Below are positions 44,972 to 55,018 of a stretch of 64,000 nt of DNA, one piece after another. The translations under genes and the position numbers were made by a program. Positions within the stretch are counted from its first letter, which is position 1. The number at the start of each line of letters is the position of its first letter. Origin of the DNA: Clostridia bacterium (GTDB lineage: Bacteria > Bacillota > Clostridia > Oscillospirales > CAG-272); contig JAFTPD010000002.1 in NCBI GenBank assembly GCA_017463485.1, forward strand, positions 65,229-129,228. Reading direction: 5' to 3'. The notes beneath the pieces were generated by a model. The model was not told where the DNA came from, ran no database searches, and was given only the letters and a program-made list of their open reading frames with translations.

Positions 44972-45703
44972 ATGCTTGAACTTAAAGATATAAGCTACCG
45001 CGTTGAGGGCGCGGACACGAATGCCAAAACCGAAATACTTAAAAACGTAAATTTGAAGATAGACGACCGCTTCGTGGCTATCACAGGCCCTAACGGAAGC
45101 GGAAAATCCACACTTGCAAAGATCATTGCGGGGATAGTTACACCCACGTCGGGACGTATCTATTTTGACGGCGTGGACATTACCAATATGTCTATCACCG
45201 ACCGTGCAAAAATGGGCATCAGCTTTGCATTTCAGCAGCCCGTAAAATTCAAAGGTATTACCGTAAAGGATCTTATCTCACTTGCCGCAGGTGAAAAGAT
45301 AACCGTGGCGCAGGCTTGCGCTTATCTTTCGGAGGTTGGACTTTGCGCAAAGGAATATATCAACCGCGAGGTGGACGGAAGTCTATCGGGCGGTGAATTG
45401 AAGCGCATCGAGATTGCCATGATAAACGCGCGGGGAACTAAATTCTCCGTTTTTGACGAGCCCGAGGCGGGTATCGACCTCTGGAGCTTCAATAACCTCA
45501 TTGAGGTGTTCAAAAAGATGTACGAGCGCACGAAGGGAAGTATTCTCATCATTTCCCATCAGGAGCGTATACTTGATATTGCCGATAAGGTGGTAGTAAT
45601 TGCGGACGGAACGGTTGCCGCTTATGGCACGAAGGAGGAGATCCTTCCCGAGCTGCTCAGCGTTTCTTCGGGCTGCAGATATACCGCCGCACCCAAGGCA
45701 TAA
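44972..45703 (+). CDS. sufC: Fe-S cluster assembly ATPase SufC
   Basis: GPNGSGKST Walker A, LSGGELKR signature, FDEPEAGID Walker B. Confidence 0.88.
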   Translation: MLELKDISYRVEGADTNAKTEILKNVNLKIDDRFVAITGPNGSGKSTLAKIIAGIVTPTSGRIYFDGVDITNMSITDRAKMGISFAFQQPVKFKGITVKDLISLAAGEKITVAQACAYLSEVGLCAKEYINREVDGSLSGGELKRIEIAMINARGTKFSVFDEPEAGIDLWSFNNLIEVFKKMYERTKGSILIISHQERILDIADKVVVIADGTVAAYGTKEEILPELLSVSSGCRYTAAPKA

Positions 45704-45731
45704 CACATATTAATAGGAAAGGTTTCAGACA

Positions 45732-46664
45732 ATGTCACAGAATAAACTCGACCCCATAAAGAAGGAATTGCTCATGCAGGTTGCAGACCTGCACGAAGTG
45801 CCCGAGGGCGCGTATTCACTGCGCATCGACGGTCAGCTCTACGGCAAAAATTCCTCTGCAAATATAACCATTGAAAAGAAAAACGACCTTCCCGGTATAG
45901 ATATCTATATCAAGGAAGGCACGAAAAACGAGAGCGTACACATTCCCGTTTTGCTTGCACAGTCGGGACTTCGCGAGCTTGTATATAACGATTTCCATAT
46001 CGGCGCGGACTGTGATGTTACCATAGTCGCGGGTTGCGGTATTCACAACGGCGGCGACAAGGCGAGCGAGCATAGCGGGATCCACCGCTTCTTCCTTGGC
46101 AAAAACGCCCGCGTAAAATACGTGGAAAAGCACTACGGAAGCGGTGACGGAAACGGCGAGCGAATAATGAATCCCACCACCGAGGCGCATCTTGACGAGG
46201 GCGCGTACATGGAGATGCAGACCGCGCAGATAAAGGGTGTTGACTCCACCAATCGCAAAACAGTGGCAACCCTTGCGGACAAAGCAACGCTTATCGTCCA
46301 CGAAAAAATAATGACACACGGCAAGCAGACGGCGATCACCGAGTTTGAGGTTGACCTCAATGGTGTCGATTGCGGAACGCACGTGGTGTCCCGCTCGGTC
46401 GCAAAGGATCAGTCAACACAGAAATTTTTGTCCTGCATCAACGGAAATAACCGTTGCTCGGGACACACCGAGTGCGACGCTATTATTATGGACGACGCTT
46501 GCGTCGTGGCAGTGCCGCAGATACTTGCAAACCATACCGAAGCGTCACTTATCCACGAGGCGGCTATCGGAAAGATCGCGGGTGAACAGCTCATCAAGCT
46601 TGAAACTCTCGGACTTACCGAGAAGGAAGCCGAGGAGCAAATCATCAACGGATTCCTTAAATAA
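45732..46664 (+). CDS. SufB/SufD family Fe-S assembly protein (short, 310 aa)
   Basis: Beta-helix core with C-terminal LIHEAAIGKIAGEQLIKLETLGLTEKEAEEQIINGFL, typical of SufB/D. Confidence 0.8.
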   Translation: MSQNKLDPIKKELLMQVADLHEVPEGAYSLRIDGQLYGKNSSANITIEKKNDLPGIDIYIKEGTKNESVHIPVLLAQSGLRELVYNDFHIGADCDVTIVAGCGIHNGGDKASEHSGIHRFFLGKNARVKYVEKHYGSGDGNGERIMNPTTEAHLDEGAYMEMQTAQIKGVDSTNRKTVATLADKATLIVHEKIMTHGKQTAITEFEVDLNGVDCGTHVVSRSVAKDQSTQKFLSCINGNNRCSGHTECDAIIMDDACVVAVPQILANHTEASLIHEAAIGKIAGEQLIKLETLGLTEKEAEEQIINGFLK

Positions 46665-46668
46665 ATAC

Positions 46669-46710
46669 AAAAGCAAACGCGAGGGAATTGCTTCCCCCGC
46701 GTTTGCTTTT
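46669..46710. terminator. bidirectional terminator
   Basis: AAAAGCAAACGCG...CGCGTTTGCTTTT between convergent genes. Confidence 0.65.
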
Positions 46711-46712
46711 AT

Positions 46713-48419
46713 TTACTTGCTCGTTTGATATTCGACCTCGTTGAAGTTGACATACATAAATCCGTCACCAAGATCAACGACCTCAATAACGAAATATATC
46801 TCAACCTCGTCGCCCTCCTCGTAGACCTTGTCGGAGGTAATATCTATCGTGGAATCGTAGTAGAAATCCGCATCTTCTCCAAGATCACTTACGGCGACAG
46901 TATAGTAGTATTCGCCGTCCTCGGAATAAGCGTAGGCAATAACGCCCTCGGCCTTGAACACGCAATCGAATTCCTCTGCGGGATTCTCGGAGTTCCAAAT
47001 GTAAAGAAGCTGCTGAGCGCGGCGGTAGGGATCGGAGCTAAGCTCGATATAACCGTCAATATTGGGAACCAGCTCAAGGGATATTACGTCCTCGCCCTCA
47101 ATGTCTATCTCGGGGAAGTAGATTTCATCATCCGGTCCAAAGTAGGAATCCAGCATCTCCATGACTTCCTCTACTGTAATGACAACGTATTCGTCAGCAT
47201 CCTTGGGAGCAGTTACGGTAAGAGTGTCGTCAACTGTAATATCAAGCAGCATGGTAAAGCCGGCACTGACATTGCTGAGTCCCATCATCTCCATATAATC
47301 GCTGTCCTGTCCTGCAATTTCTACATCCGCGCCAAAGCCGCAGAAGTTACCCTTGGCATCGAAAATGAGATCAATGAAAGTAGAGTCGGTCTTTAAGGTA
47401 AAAGAGGAAATGATATCCGTAACGGTCATTCCGCCATACTCCTCAAGCGCTTCCTCGGGAATGAGCGCGTCAAGCGCCGCTGCAAGCTCACCCAGCTTTG
47501 CGTTGATATTATCAAATCCGCCGACAGCAGAAATGTAGAATCTGCTGTGATCATCATTGTAGGACAGCTTTGCATCGCCAAGCATGTCAGCCGCTATGTC
47601 CTCGGGTGTCGCGTCACCGAATACCTCTGCAAGTATAGACTCAAGCTCCTCACGATTAATTACCTCGTCCTCAATGTATGCGGGCTCGGTCTCAACGTAT
47701 TCGTCCTCGTCACCTGGGGCGGGAAGCAGATCAATGATGCTTGTAGTTTCGTCCTCGGGGAGGTCAGTGCTATCCTCGGGAGCTACGCCGCCGAGCTCGT
47801 CGGAGATCATAGCCTGAATTTGCGCGATAAGAGCTTCAAGCTCCTCGTCAGAGGGGGAAATCCGGGCTTTGGTAACCTCGCCCGTGTCCGCGTCGGTCAG
47901 TGAAGCATAGATCACGCCGTCAACGTAAATGCAGCTGTAAAAGGGCTTGTCGTACAAGGTGAGGCTCAGGGAGAAATCTCCGCCGTCAATTGCTACGAAT
48001 TCAAGAACTGCGGGAACAGATATCTCTGTGCTTACTCCGCCGGATTTCGCAGATGCCTTGAGCTCTGCGGAAAGGTTGATCATGAAGCTCTCCGCACCTT
48101 CCTCAAGCTCGGGGTAGGTAACGATATCCTCCACAAGGGCAACTGCCTCGGTAAAGCTGAGCTTTTTGTCCTTGTTAGCAGTGTAGATCGAGTCGAAAAC
48201 AGTGGGGTAAACGGTAGCCGCTTCATCACCGTCAGTTTCCGTGCTGTCAGCTTTAGTCGTATCCTCGTCGGTCTTGTTGCTCGATTCGGACGTGGCTTCG
48301 GTAGTCACGTCGGAGCCTGCAGTGGTGTCCGTGGTAACGTCACCTTGATTGACCGTGTCACAAGAAACCATGGTAACGATCATAACGATAGCGAGCAGCA
48401 TGATTAAAAGCTTTTTCAT
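46713..48419 (-). CDS. acidic lipoprotein of unknown function (568 aa)
   Basis: Signal peptide with lipobox-like VTMVSC. Asp/Glu/Thr-rich mature protein. No family recognised. Confidence 0.7.
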   Translation of the reverse strand: MKKLLIMLLAIVMIVTMVSCDTVNQGDVTTDTTAGSDVTTEATSESSNKTDEDTTKADSTETDGDEAATVYPTVFDSIYTANKDKKLSFTEAVALVEDIVTYPELEEGAESFMINLSAELKASAKSGGVSTEISVPAVLEFVAIDGGDFSLSLTLYDKPFYSCIYVDGVIYASLTDADTGEVTKARISPSDEELEALIAQIQAMISDELGGVAPEDSTDLPEDETTSIIDLLPAPGDEDEYVETEPAYIEDEVINREELESILAEVFGDATPEDIAADMLGDAKLSYNDDHSRFYISAVGGFDNINAKLGELAAALDALIPEEALEEYGGMTVTDIISSFTLKTDSTFIDLIFDAKGNFCGFGADVEIAGQDSDYMEMMGLSNVSAGFTMLLDITVDDTLTVTAPKDADEYVVITVEEVMEMLDSYFGPDDEIYFPEIDIEGEDVISLELVPNIDGYIELSSDPYRRAQQLLYIWNSENPAEEFDCVFKAEGVIAYAYSEDGEYYYTVAVSDLGEDADFYYDSTIDITSDKVYEEGDEVEIYFVIEVVDLGDGFMYVNFNEVEYQTSK

Positions 48420-48541
48420 AATGTTTTCCTTTCTTTGGGGTGTGATTTGTGCCTGTGTACGACGCCATTATAAACTTTAACGTAAGGTCAAAGTCAAGGG
48501 CTTCTATAAAAATTTTTGAAAAAATTCAATTTTGTACGCAA

Positions 48542-48564
48542 GGCGGCTGTGTCACACAGCCGCC
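48542..48564 (-). terminator. PEPCK terminator hairpin
   Basis: GGCGGCTGTG-tca-CACAGCCGCC downstream of the stop at 48591. Confidence 0.5.
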
Positions 48565-48590
48565 AAAGCTGTAGCTCAATTATTTGTCAG

Positions 48591-50396
48591 TTATTTTGCT
48601 GCGTTAAGTCTTGCTTCAAGAGCTGCAAGCTCGTCGTACATAGCGGCAGGAACTCTGCTGCCAACCTGAGCGTAGAACTCCTTGATATTTGCAACGTCCT
48701 CAAGCCATGCGTCAACGTCAACGGACAGAAGACCGCGAATGGTATCGAGAGTAACGTCACTAAGACCGTCAATGCAGATATCCTCAGCCTTCGGTACGTA
48801 ACCGATAGGAGTGATGTCCGCGTCAACCTTACCCTCGCAGCGAGCAAGGATCCACATAAGAACGCGCATGTTGTCGCCGAATCCGGGCCAGATGAAGTTG
48901 CCGTTCTCGTCGGTGCGGAACCAGTTAACGTGGAAGATCTTCGGAGGATTGGGAATACGAGTACCCATAGTAAGCCAGTGAGCCCAGTAGTCGCCCATAT
49001 CGTAGCCTACGAAGGGACGCATAGCCATGGGGTCGCGGCGAACTACGCCGACAGCACCCGCAGCAGCGGCAGTGGTCTCGGAAGCCATGATAGAGCCGAC
49101 GAATGCTCCGTTCTGCCAGCTTGTGGACTGGTAAACCAGAGGAGCGGTCTTAGCACGGCGGCCGCCGAATACGATAGCGGAAACGGGAACGCCTGCGGGA
49201 TTAAAGAATTCCTTAGAAAGGCAAGGGCAGTTTTCAGCCATAGCGGTAAAGCGGGAGTTGGGATGCGCGCCGCAGGTGGACTTATCCTTCTTGTCGTACT
49301 TGGTGCAGTCCCAAGGATTGCCCTTCCAGTCGATAGCGTTGCCGGGTGTGGGAGGATTGTTGTCAAGACCTTCCCACCAAACGGTGTTATCGGCAGTGTT
49401 GTGAACTACGTTGGTGAAGATGGTATCCTTCATTGTAGTGTAGAGAGCGTTGGGGTTGGACTTGAGGTTAGTACCGGGAGCAACTCCAAAGAAGCCGTTC
49501 TCGGGGTTAACAGCCCAGAGTCTTCCGTCCTCGCCGACACGCAGCCAAGCGATATCGTCACCTACGCAGAATACCTTGTAGCCCTGCTTGGAATAGTACT
49601 CGGGCGGGATAAGCATTGCAAGGTTGGTCTTTCCGCAAGCGGAGGGGAATGCAGCAGTAACGTACTTTGTTTCACCGTCGGGGTACTGAACGCCGAGAAT
49701 GAGCATGTGCTCAGCCATCCAGCCCTCCTTACGTCCGAGGTAGGAAGCAATACGGAGAGCGAAGCACTTCTTACCGAGCAGTACGTTTCCGCCGTAACCG
49801 GAGTTAACGGACCAGATGGTGTTTTCCTCGGGGAAGTGAACGATATATCTGTTCTCCTCGTCAAGCTGTGCGCGAGCGTGCAGGCCCTTGATGTAGTCTG
49901 CGCTGTCGCCGAGAGCTTCAAGCACGTTTGTGCCGACGCGGGTCATGATAAGCATGTTGAGAACAACGTAGATGGAGTCGGTCAGCTCAATACCGTATTT
50001 TGCAAAAGGAGAGCCAACGATACTCATGGAGTAGGGAATGACGTACATGGTCTGTCCCTTCATAGACCCTGCATACAGCTTGGTAAGCTTAGCCTTGCAC
50101 TCAGCGGGATCCATCCAGTTATTGATGTTACCTGCATCTTCCTTCTTGGAGGTACAGATAAAGGTTCTGCCTTCAACGCGGGCAACGTCGTTTACCGCGG
50201 TTCTGTGGAGGTAGCATCCGGGGAGCTTCTCCTGATTGAGCTTGATCATTTCGCCTGTAGCGCAAGCCTCGGCTCTCAGCTCTTCTGCTTGCTCCTTGGA
50301 GCCGTCGATCCATACGATCTTGTCGGGCTGAGTAAGAGCAGCCATGTCCTTGATCCAATCAAGAACGTGTTTGTTGGAGGTGGGTGTGTTGTTCAT
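48591..50396 (-). CDS. pck: phosphoenolpyruvate carboxykinase (GTP)
   Basis: FPSACGKTNLAML kinase-1a motif of GTP-PEPCK, about 600 aa. Start at MNNTPTS after AAGGAGA. Confidence 0.9.
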   Translation of the reverse strand: MNNTPTSNKHVLDWIKDMAALTQPDKIVWIDGSKEQAEELRAEACATGEMIKLNQEKLPGCYLHRTAVNDVARVEGRTFICTSKKEDAGNINNWMDPAECKAKLTKLYAGSMKGQTMYVIPYSMSIVGSPFAKYGIELTDSIYVVLNMLIMTRVGTNVLEALGDSADYIKGLHARAQLDEENRYIVHFPEENTIWSVNSGYGGNVLLGKKCFALRIASYLGRKEGWMAEHMLILGVQYPDGETKYVTAAFPSACGKTNLAMLIPPEYYSKQGYKVFCVGDDIAWLRVGEDGRLWAVNPENGFFGVAPGTNLKSNPNALYTTMKDTIFTNVVHNTADNTVWWEGLDNNPPTPGNAIDWKGNPWDCTKYDKKDKSTCGAHPNSRFTAMAENCPCLSKEFFNPAGVPVSAIVFGGRRAKTAPLVYQSTSWQNGAFVGSIMASETTAAAAGAVGVVRRDPMAMRPFVGYDMGDYWAHWLTMGTRIPNPPKIFHVNWFRTDENGNFIWPGFGDNMRVLMWILARCEGKVDADITPIGYVPKAEDICIDGLSDVTLDTIRGLLSVDVDAWLEDVANIKEFYAQVGSRVPAAMYDELAALEARLNAAK

Positions 50397-50665
50397 GGGT
50401 TTCTCCTTATTTGATATTATTTTTTGACTTATTGATGTCGGAGTCGGAGGAAAAGTCACAACAGTGCTGTCAATCCTACTCCACCATATATTTTACAGCA
50501 TTTTTTGCAAATTTGCAATAGTTATTTTTAAAGGTTACGAATTGTTAACATACTGCACAAATTCAAGTCAATAAGTTTGTTGAAATTTTTTGCCGAGTTT
50601 TAAGAAAAAAGTCATAAAAGTATGGTACAATGTAGAGGTAACGAAATTTGACGCTTGGAGTTAAC

Positions 50666-51358
50666 ATGAATATAAAAGGAATACAAAAGCTGACGCTGCT
50701 TGACTATCCTGGGCGGGTGGCTTGCACGCTGTTTACGGGAGGCTGCAATTTCCGTTGCCCCTTCTGCCATAACTCAATGCTGGTCATTGATCCCGAAAAA
50801 AATCTTTCTCACGATATCGGCGAGATCATGTCCTATCTTGAGCGTCGCCGCGGAGTGCTGGACGGCGTGGCTATCACGGGCGGTGAGCCATTGCTACAAC
50901 CCGATATCGCCGACTTTATCCGCGATATACGCGCTCTCGGTTATCCCGTCAAGCTGGATACCAACGGCTCGCGTCCCCGCGTGCTGTCCGAGCTTATCCA
51001 AGGTGGGCTTGTGGATTACGTCGCAATGGATATCAAGAACAGTCGCGAAAAGTACGGTGTCACTGTCGGAATACCCGATTACGATACCTCGGCGGTAGAA
51101 GAAAGCGCGCGCCTTCTTATGCAGGGCGACGTGGAATTCGAGTTCCGCACGACCGTTACCCGACAGCTTCACGAGGCGGATGATTTCGTGAAAATAGGGG
51201 AGTGGCTGTGCGGGGACGAGCGGTTCTACCTGCAACAGTTTAAGGATTCGGGCAGCCTGATCGATTCGGCGGTCAGCGGATGGGACGACGAAACGCTTAG
51301 AAGCTTTGGCGAGATACTCAAAAAGTATATACCGCACACCGACATTCGCGGAATTTAA
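50666..51358 (+). CDS. nrdG: anaerobic ribonucleoside-triphosphate reductase activating protein (radical SAM)
   Basis: GGCNFRCPFCHN radical-SAM cluster motif. Start at MNIKGIQK after TTGGAG. Confidence 0.88.
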   Translation: MNIKGIQKLTLLDYPGRVACTLFTGGCNFRCPFCHNSMLVIDPEKNLSHDIGEIMSYLERRRGVLDGVAITGGEPLLQPDIADFIRDIRALGYPVKLDTNGSRPRVLSELIQGGLVDYVAMDIKNSREKYGVTVGIPDYDTSAVEESARLLMQGDVEFEFRTTVTRQLHEADDFVKIGEWLCGDERFYLQQFKDSGSLIDSAVSGWDDETLRSFGEILKKYIPHTDIRGI

Positions 51359-51399
51359 TATTTTCGGCACTGTATCGCATGGAAACTATTTCCAACAAA

Positions 51400-51485
51400 C
51401 CACAAGATATAGTGCCAATTTTTTTAAAAAATATACAATATCTTGTGAAAAAGGTATTGACAAATTCCAAGATATAGTTTATACT
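51400..51485 (+). promoter_or_regulatory. three NrdR boxes plus the nrdD promoter
   Basis: CACAAGATATAGTG (51401-51414), TACAATATCTTGTG (51434-51447), TCCAAGATATAGTT (51466-51479); centres are 33 and 32 bp apart. TTGACA (51457-51462), 17 nt, TATACT (51480-51485). Box 3 overlaps the promoter. Confidence 0.7.
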
Positions 51486-51587
51486 ATATTCACTGCCATT
51501 TTCGCAGACGACAAATTTCGCGCCCTTTCGGGGGTGCATTTTTGGACTCCGCAGGCTAATATATTATTAATTATGAAAGGAAAAGAT

Positions 51588-53984
51588 ATGTATCAGGTAC
51601 TCAAAAGGGACGGCAAAACAGTCGAATTCGACATTTCAAAAATTTCAAACGCTATTCGCAATGCGTTTGAGGCTCAGAGCAAGCAGTATCACCCGGGCGT
51701 TATCGATTTTCTCGCGCTGAAGGTCACTGCTGACTTCGAGCCCAAGATCAAGGACGGACTTGTTTCCGTCGAGGACATTCAGGACAGCGTTGAGTCGGTG
51801 CTGGTGCAGGCAGGCTATGCTGATATCGCAAAGGCGTACATTCTCTACCGTAAATCGAGAGAGAAGATCCGTAACATGAAGTCCACCATCCTTGATTATA
51901 AGGATGTAGTTGATAAATACGTTAAGGAGACCGACTGGCGCGTAAAGGAGAACTCCACCGTTACCTACTCGGTAGGCGGACTTATTCTGTCCAACTCGGG
52001 TGCTATCACGGCTAACTATTGGCTCTCCGAGATCTACGACGAGGAGGTAGCCGAAGCGCACAGAAATTCGGATATGCATATCCACGACCTCTCCATGCTT
52101 ACGGGCTATTGCGCAGGCTGGTCGCTCCGTCAGCTTATTAAGGAAGGACTCGGCGGCGTAAGAGGTAAGATCACCTCCGCACCCGCAAGCCATCTGTCAA
52201 GCCTTTGCAATCAGATGGTAAACTTCCTCGGCATCATGCAGAACGAATGGGCAGGTGCGCAGGCGTTCTCGTCCTTTGATACATATCTCGCTCCCTTTGT
52301 AAAAATAGATAATCTTGACTACGAGCAGGTAAAGAAGTGCATTGAATCCTTCATCTACGGCGTAAATACGCCCTCCCGTTGGGGAACTCAGGCACCCTTC
52401 TCAAACGTAACTCTCGACTGGGTAGTTCCTAATGATATGGCAGAGCTTAACTGCATTATCGGCGGTAAAGAGGTTGACTTCAAGTATAAGGACTGCCAGC
52501 GTGAAATGGATATGGTCAATAAGGCGTTCCTTGAGATCATGATCGAGGGCGACGCTAATGGACGCGGCTTCCAGTATCCTATTCCTACCTATTCCATTAC
52601 CCGCGATTTCGATTGGTCGGATACAGAAAATAACCGACTTTTGTTCGAGATGACCGCGAAATACGGTACACCTTATTTCTCTAACTATATCAACAGCGAT
52701 ATGGAGCCCTCCGACGTGCGCTCCATGTGCTGCCGTCTCCGCCTTGACCTCCGTGAGCTTCGCAAGAAGTCGGGTGGCTTCTTCGGCTCGGGTGAGTCCA
52801 CAGGCTCTGTCGGCGTAGTTACCATCAATATGCCTCGTATCGCTTACCTTGCAGACAGCAAGGAGGACTTCTACAAGCGCCTTAACAGAATGATGGACCT
52901 CGCAGCTCGCTCGCTCAAGACAAAGAGAACGGTTATCACCCGCCTGCTCAACGAGGGACTGTATCCTTACACAAAGAGATACCTCGGCACGTTTGAAAAC
53001 CATTTCTCTACAATAGGTCTTGTAGGTATGAACGAGGTTGGACTCAATGCAAAGTGGCTGCGCGCTGATATGACTCACCGTGAAACTCAGGAGTTCACCA
53101 AGGAAGTCCTCAACCACATGCGCGAAAGACTTTCCGACTATCAGGAAATGTACGGCGACCTGTATAACCTTGAGGCAACTCCCGCAGAGTCTACCGCATA
53201 CCGTCTTGCAAAGCACGACGTAAAGAGATTCGGCGATATCATCACCGCATCCGATAAGGGACATACTCCTTACTACACAAACAGCTCTCATCTGCCCGTA
53301 GGATATACCGACGATATCTTCTCCGCGCTTGACGTTCAGGACGAGCTTCAAACGCTTTATACCTCTGGAACTGTATTCCACGGCTTCCTTGGCGAAAAGC
53401 TGCCCACATGGCAGTCCGCGGCATCTCTCGTCCGTAAGATCGCCGAGAACTATAAGCTGCCTTACTACACACTCTCTCCCACGTACAGCGTATGTAAGAA
53501 CCACGGTTACCTGTCGGGCGAGACCTACGTTTGCCCGCACTGTGGCGAGAACACCGAGGTTTACAGCCGTATCACGGGTTATTACCGTCCCGTACAGAAC
53601 TGGAACGACGGTAAGTCGCAGGAGTTCAAGGAGAGAAGAGTATATAATATTGAACGCTCCATGGAGCTTCATCCCAACCTCACCGTAGGTGGATGCGGAT
53701 GCGAAACTGTTGACTTTGAGCCTGTTGCCGATACGGCAGAGGAAGCAAAGGTAATACTTTTTGCAACCAAGACCTGCCCTAACTGTAAGATGGCAACTGT
53801 TTTCCTTGATAAGGGCGGCGTCCAGTACGAAAAGGTATACGCAGAGGAAAATCCCGATCTCGTGCGCAAGTACGGAATCATGCAAGCCCCCACTCTCGTC
53901 GTAGTAGGTGAGGACGGAAATGCCGACGTTATCACCAACGTTTCCAATATCAGAAAATACGTTGATTCTCTTGCAACGGTCTGA
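51588..53984 (+). CDS. nrdD: class III (anaerobic) ribonucleotide reductase NrdD with fused C-terminal thioredoxin-fold (CPNC) domain
   Basis: ATP-cone N-terminus (MYQVLKRDGKTVEFD), zinc ribbon (CKNHG..CPHCG), glycyl-radical motif SRITGYYRP. An extra ~95 aa follows: KVILFATKTCPNCKMA...APTLVVV. The listed ORF start at 51306 is upstream of the promoter and RBS. Confidence 0.88.
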   Translation: MYQVLKRDGKTVEFDISKISNAIRNAFEAQSKQYHPGVIDFLALKVTADFEPKIKDGLVSVEDIQDSVESVLVQAGYADIAKAYILYRKSREKIRNMKSTILDYKDVVDKYVKETDWRVKENSTVTYSVGGLILSNSGAITANYWLSEIYDEEVAEAHRNSDMHIHDLSMLTGYCAGWSLRQLIKEGLGGVRGKITSAPASHLSSLCNQMVNFLGIMQNEWAGAQAFSSFDTYLAPFVKIDNLDYEQVKKCIESFIYGVNTPSRWGTQAPFSNVTLDWVVPNDMAELNCIIGGKEVDFKYKDCQREMDMVNKAFLEIMIEGDANGRGFQYPIPTYSITRDFDWSDTENNRLLFEMTAKYGTPYFSNYINSDMEPSDVRSMCCRLRLDLRELRKKSGGFFGSGESTGSVGVVTINMPRIAYLADSKEDFYKRLNRMMDLAARSLKTKRTVITRLLNEGLYPYTKRYLGTFENHFSTIGLVGMNEVGLNAKWLRADMTHRETQEFTKEVLNHMRERLSDYQEMYGDLYNLEATPAESTAYRLAKHDVKRFGDIITASDKGHTPYYTNSSHLPVGYTDDIFSALDVQDELQTLYTSGTVFHGFLGEKLPTWQSAASLVRKIAENYKLPYYTLSPTYSVCKNHGYLSGETYVCPHCGENTEVYSRITGYYRPVQNWNDGKSQEFKERRVYNIERSMELHPNLTVGGCGCETVDFEPVADTAEEAKVILFATKTCPNCKMATVFLDKGGVQYEKVYAEENPDLVRKYGIMQAPTLVVVGEDGNADVITNVSNIRKYVDSLATV

Positions 53985-53999
53985 TAGCTCGGAGGCGGT

Positions 54000-54905
54000 A
54001 TGTACGATATAGTTATAATCGGCGCAGGACCTGCGGGACTTACGGCAGCGCTCTACGCTCGCAGAGCCGAGAAAAGTGTCTTGGTGCTTGAAAGGGAAAC
54101 TTTCGGCGGACAGATAACACATTCTCCAAAGGTAGAGAATTATCCCGGTATCGCGCAGATGAGCGGTAACGAGTTTGCGGATAAGCTGGTCGAGCAGGTT
54201 ATCAGTCACGGTGCTGATATCGAGCTTGACGAGGCGCTGGCTGTCGTTAAGGACGGCGACGTGTTGACTGTGGAGGGCAAGGAGGGAACTTATCTCTGCC
54301 GCTCCGTCATTATCGCAACGGGCTCGCGACACAGACCTCTCGGCGTTGAATACGAGGATAATTACGTAGGTAACGGAATTTCCTATTGCGCAGTATGCGA
54401 CGGCGCTTTCTATGCAGGCAAGTCGGTAGCCGTGGTTGGCGGCGGAAACACCGCACTGCAGGAGGCTGTAATGCTCTCGGATATATGCGAAAAGGTGTAT
54501 ATCGTGCAGAATCTTCCGCATCTGACGGGAGAGTCAAGACTGTACGAAATTCTCCGTAAGCGCAATAACGTGGAGATAATCTGCAACCACCTCGTGGATA
54601 AGATCGCAGGTGAGGGAAGCGTTGATGGCATTATCATTAAGGATGCCGAGAGCGGTACGCGCACACGCCTTGATGTGGATGGAATTTTCGTGGCTATCGG
54701 TCAGATTCCCGAAAACGAAGCGTTTGCAAACGTAGCCGAGCTTACCGAGCGCGGATATATCGACGCAGGCGAGGATTGCCTTACTAAAACGCCCGGCGTG
54801 TTCGTGGCAGGCGATTGCCGTTCCAAAACCATTCGTCAGATCACAACAGCATGCGGCGACGGCGCAGTTGCGGCAACCGCGGCTTGCAGATTTCTTGAAT
54901 CGTAA
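54000..54905 (+). CDS. thioredoxin reductase homolog lacking the NADPH-binding arginine motif
   Basis: GAGPAG FAD motif and CAVC redox centre. GGGNTALQEA is present, but HRRDxFRA is replaced by VQNLPHLTG. Confidence 0.8.
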   Translation: MYDIVIIGAGPAGLTAALYARRAEKSVLVLERETFGGQITHSPKVENYPGIAQMSGNEFADKLVEQVISHGADIELDEALAVVKDGDVLTVEGKEGTYLCRSVIIATGSRHRPLGVEYEDNYVGNGISYCAVCDGAFYAGKSVAVVGGGNTALQEAVMLSDICEKVYIVQNLPHLTGESRLYEILRKRNNVEIICNHLVDKIAGEGSVDGIIIKDAESGTRTRLDVDGIFVAIGQIPENEAFANVAELTERGYIDAGEDCLTKTPGVFVAGDCRSKTIRQITTACGDGAVAATAACRFLES

Positions 54906-54976
54906 GCAATAGAAATCATAAAAAATGGGGCTGAGTCAAGTTTGGAAATCTTCTCCAATTGTTCGTCGGCCTATAC

Positions 54977-55018
54977 AAAAATCACCTGCCATCATTCACA
55001 GATAGCAGGTGATTTTTT
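54977..55018 (+). terminator. terminator after the trxB-like gene
   Basis: AAAAATCACCTGC-(15 nt)-GCAGGTGATTTTTT. Confidence 0.6.

Noticed and set aside
48516-50414. 632-aa plus-strand ORF
   Set aside because: Antisense shadow of GTP-PEPCK, which carries the diagnostic PSACGKTN motif on the minus strand.
52401-54521. 706-aa minus-strand ORF
   Set aside because: Antisense to nrdD and the trxB-like gene; no domain signature.
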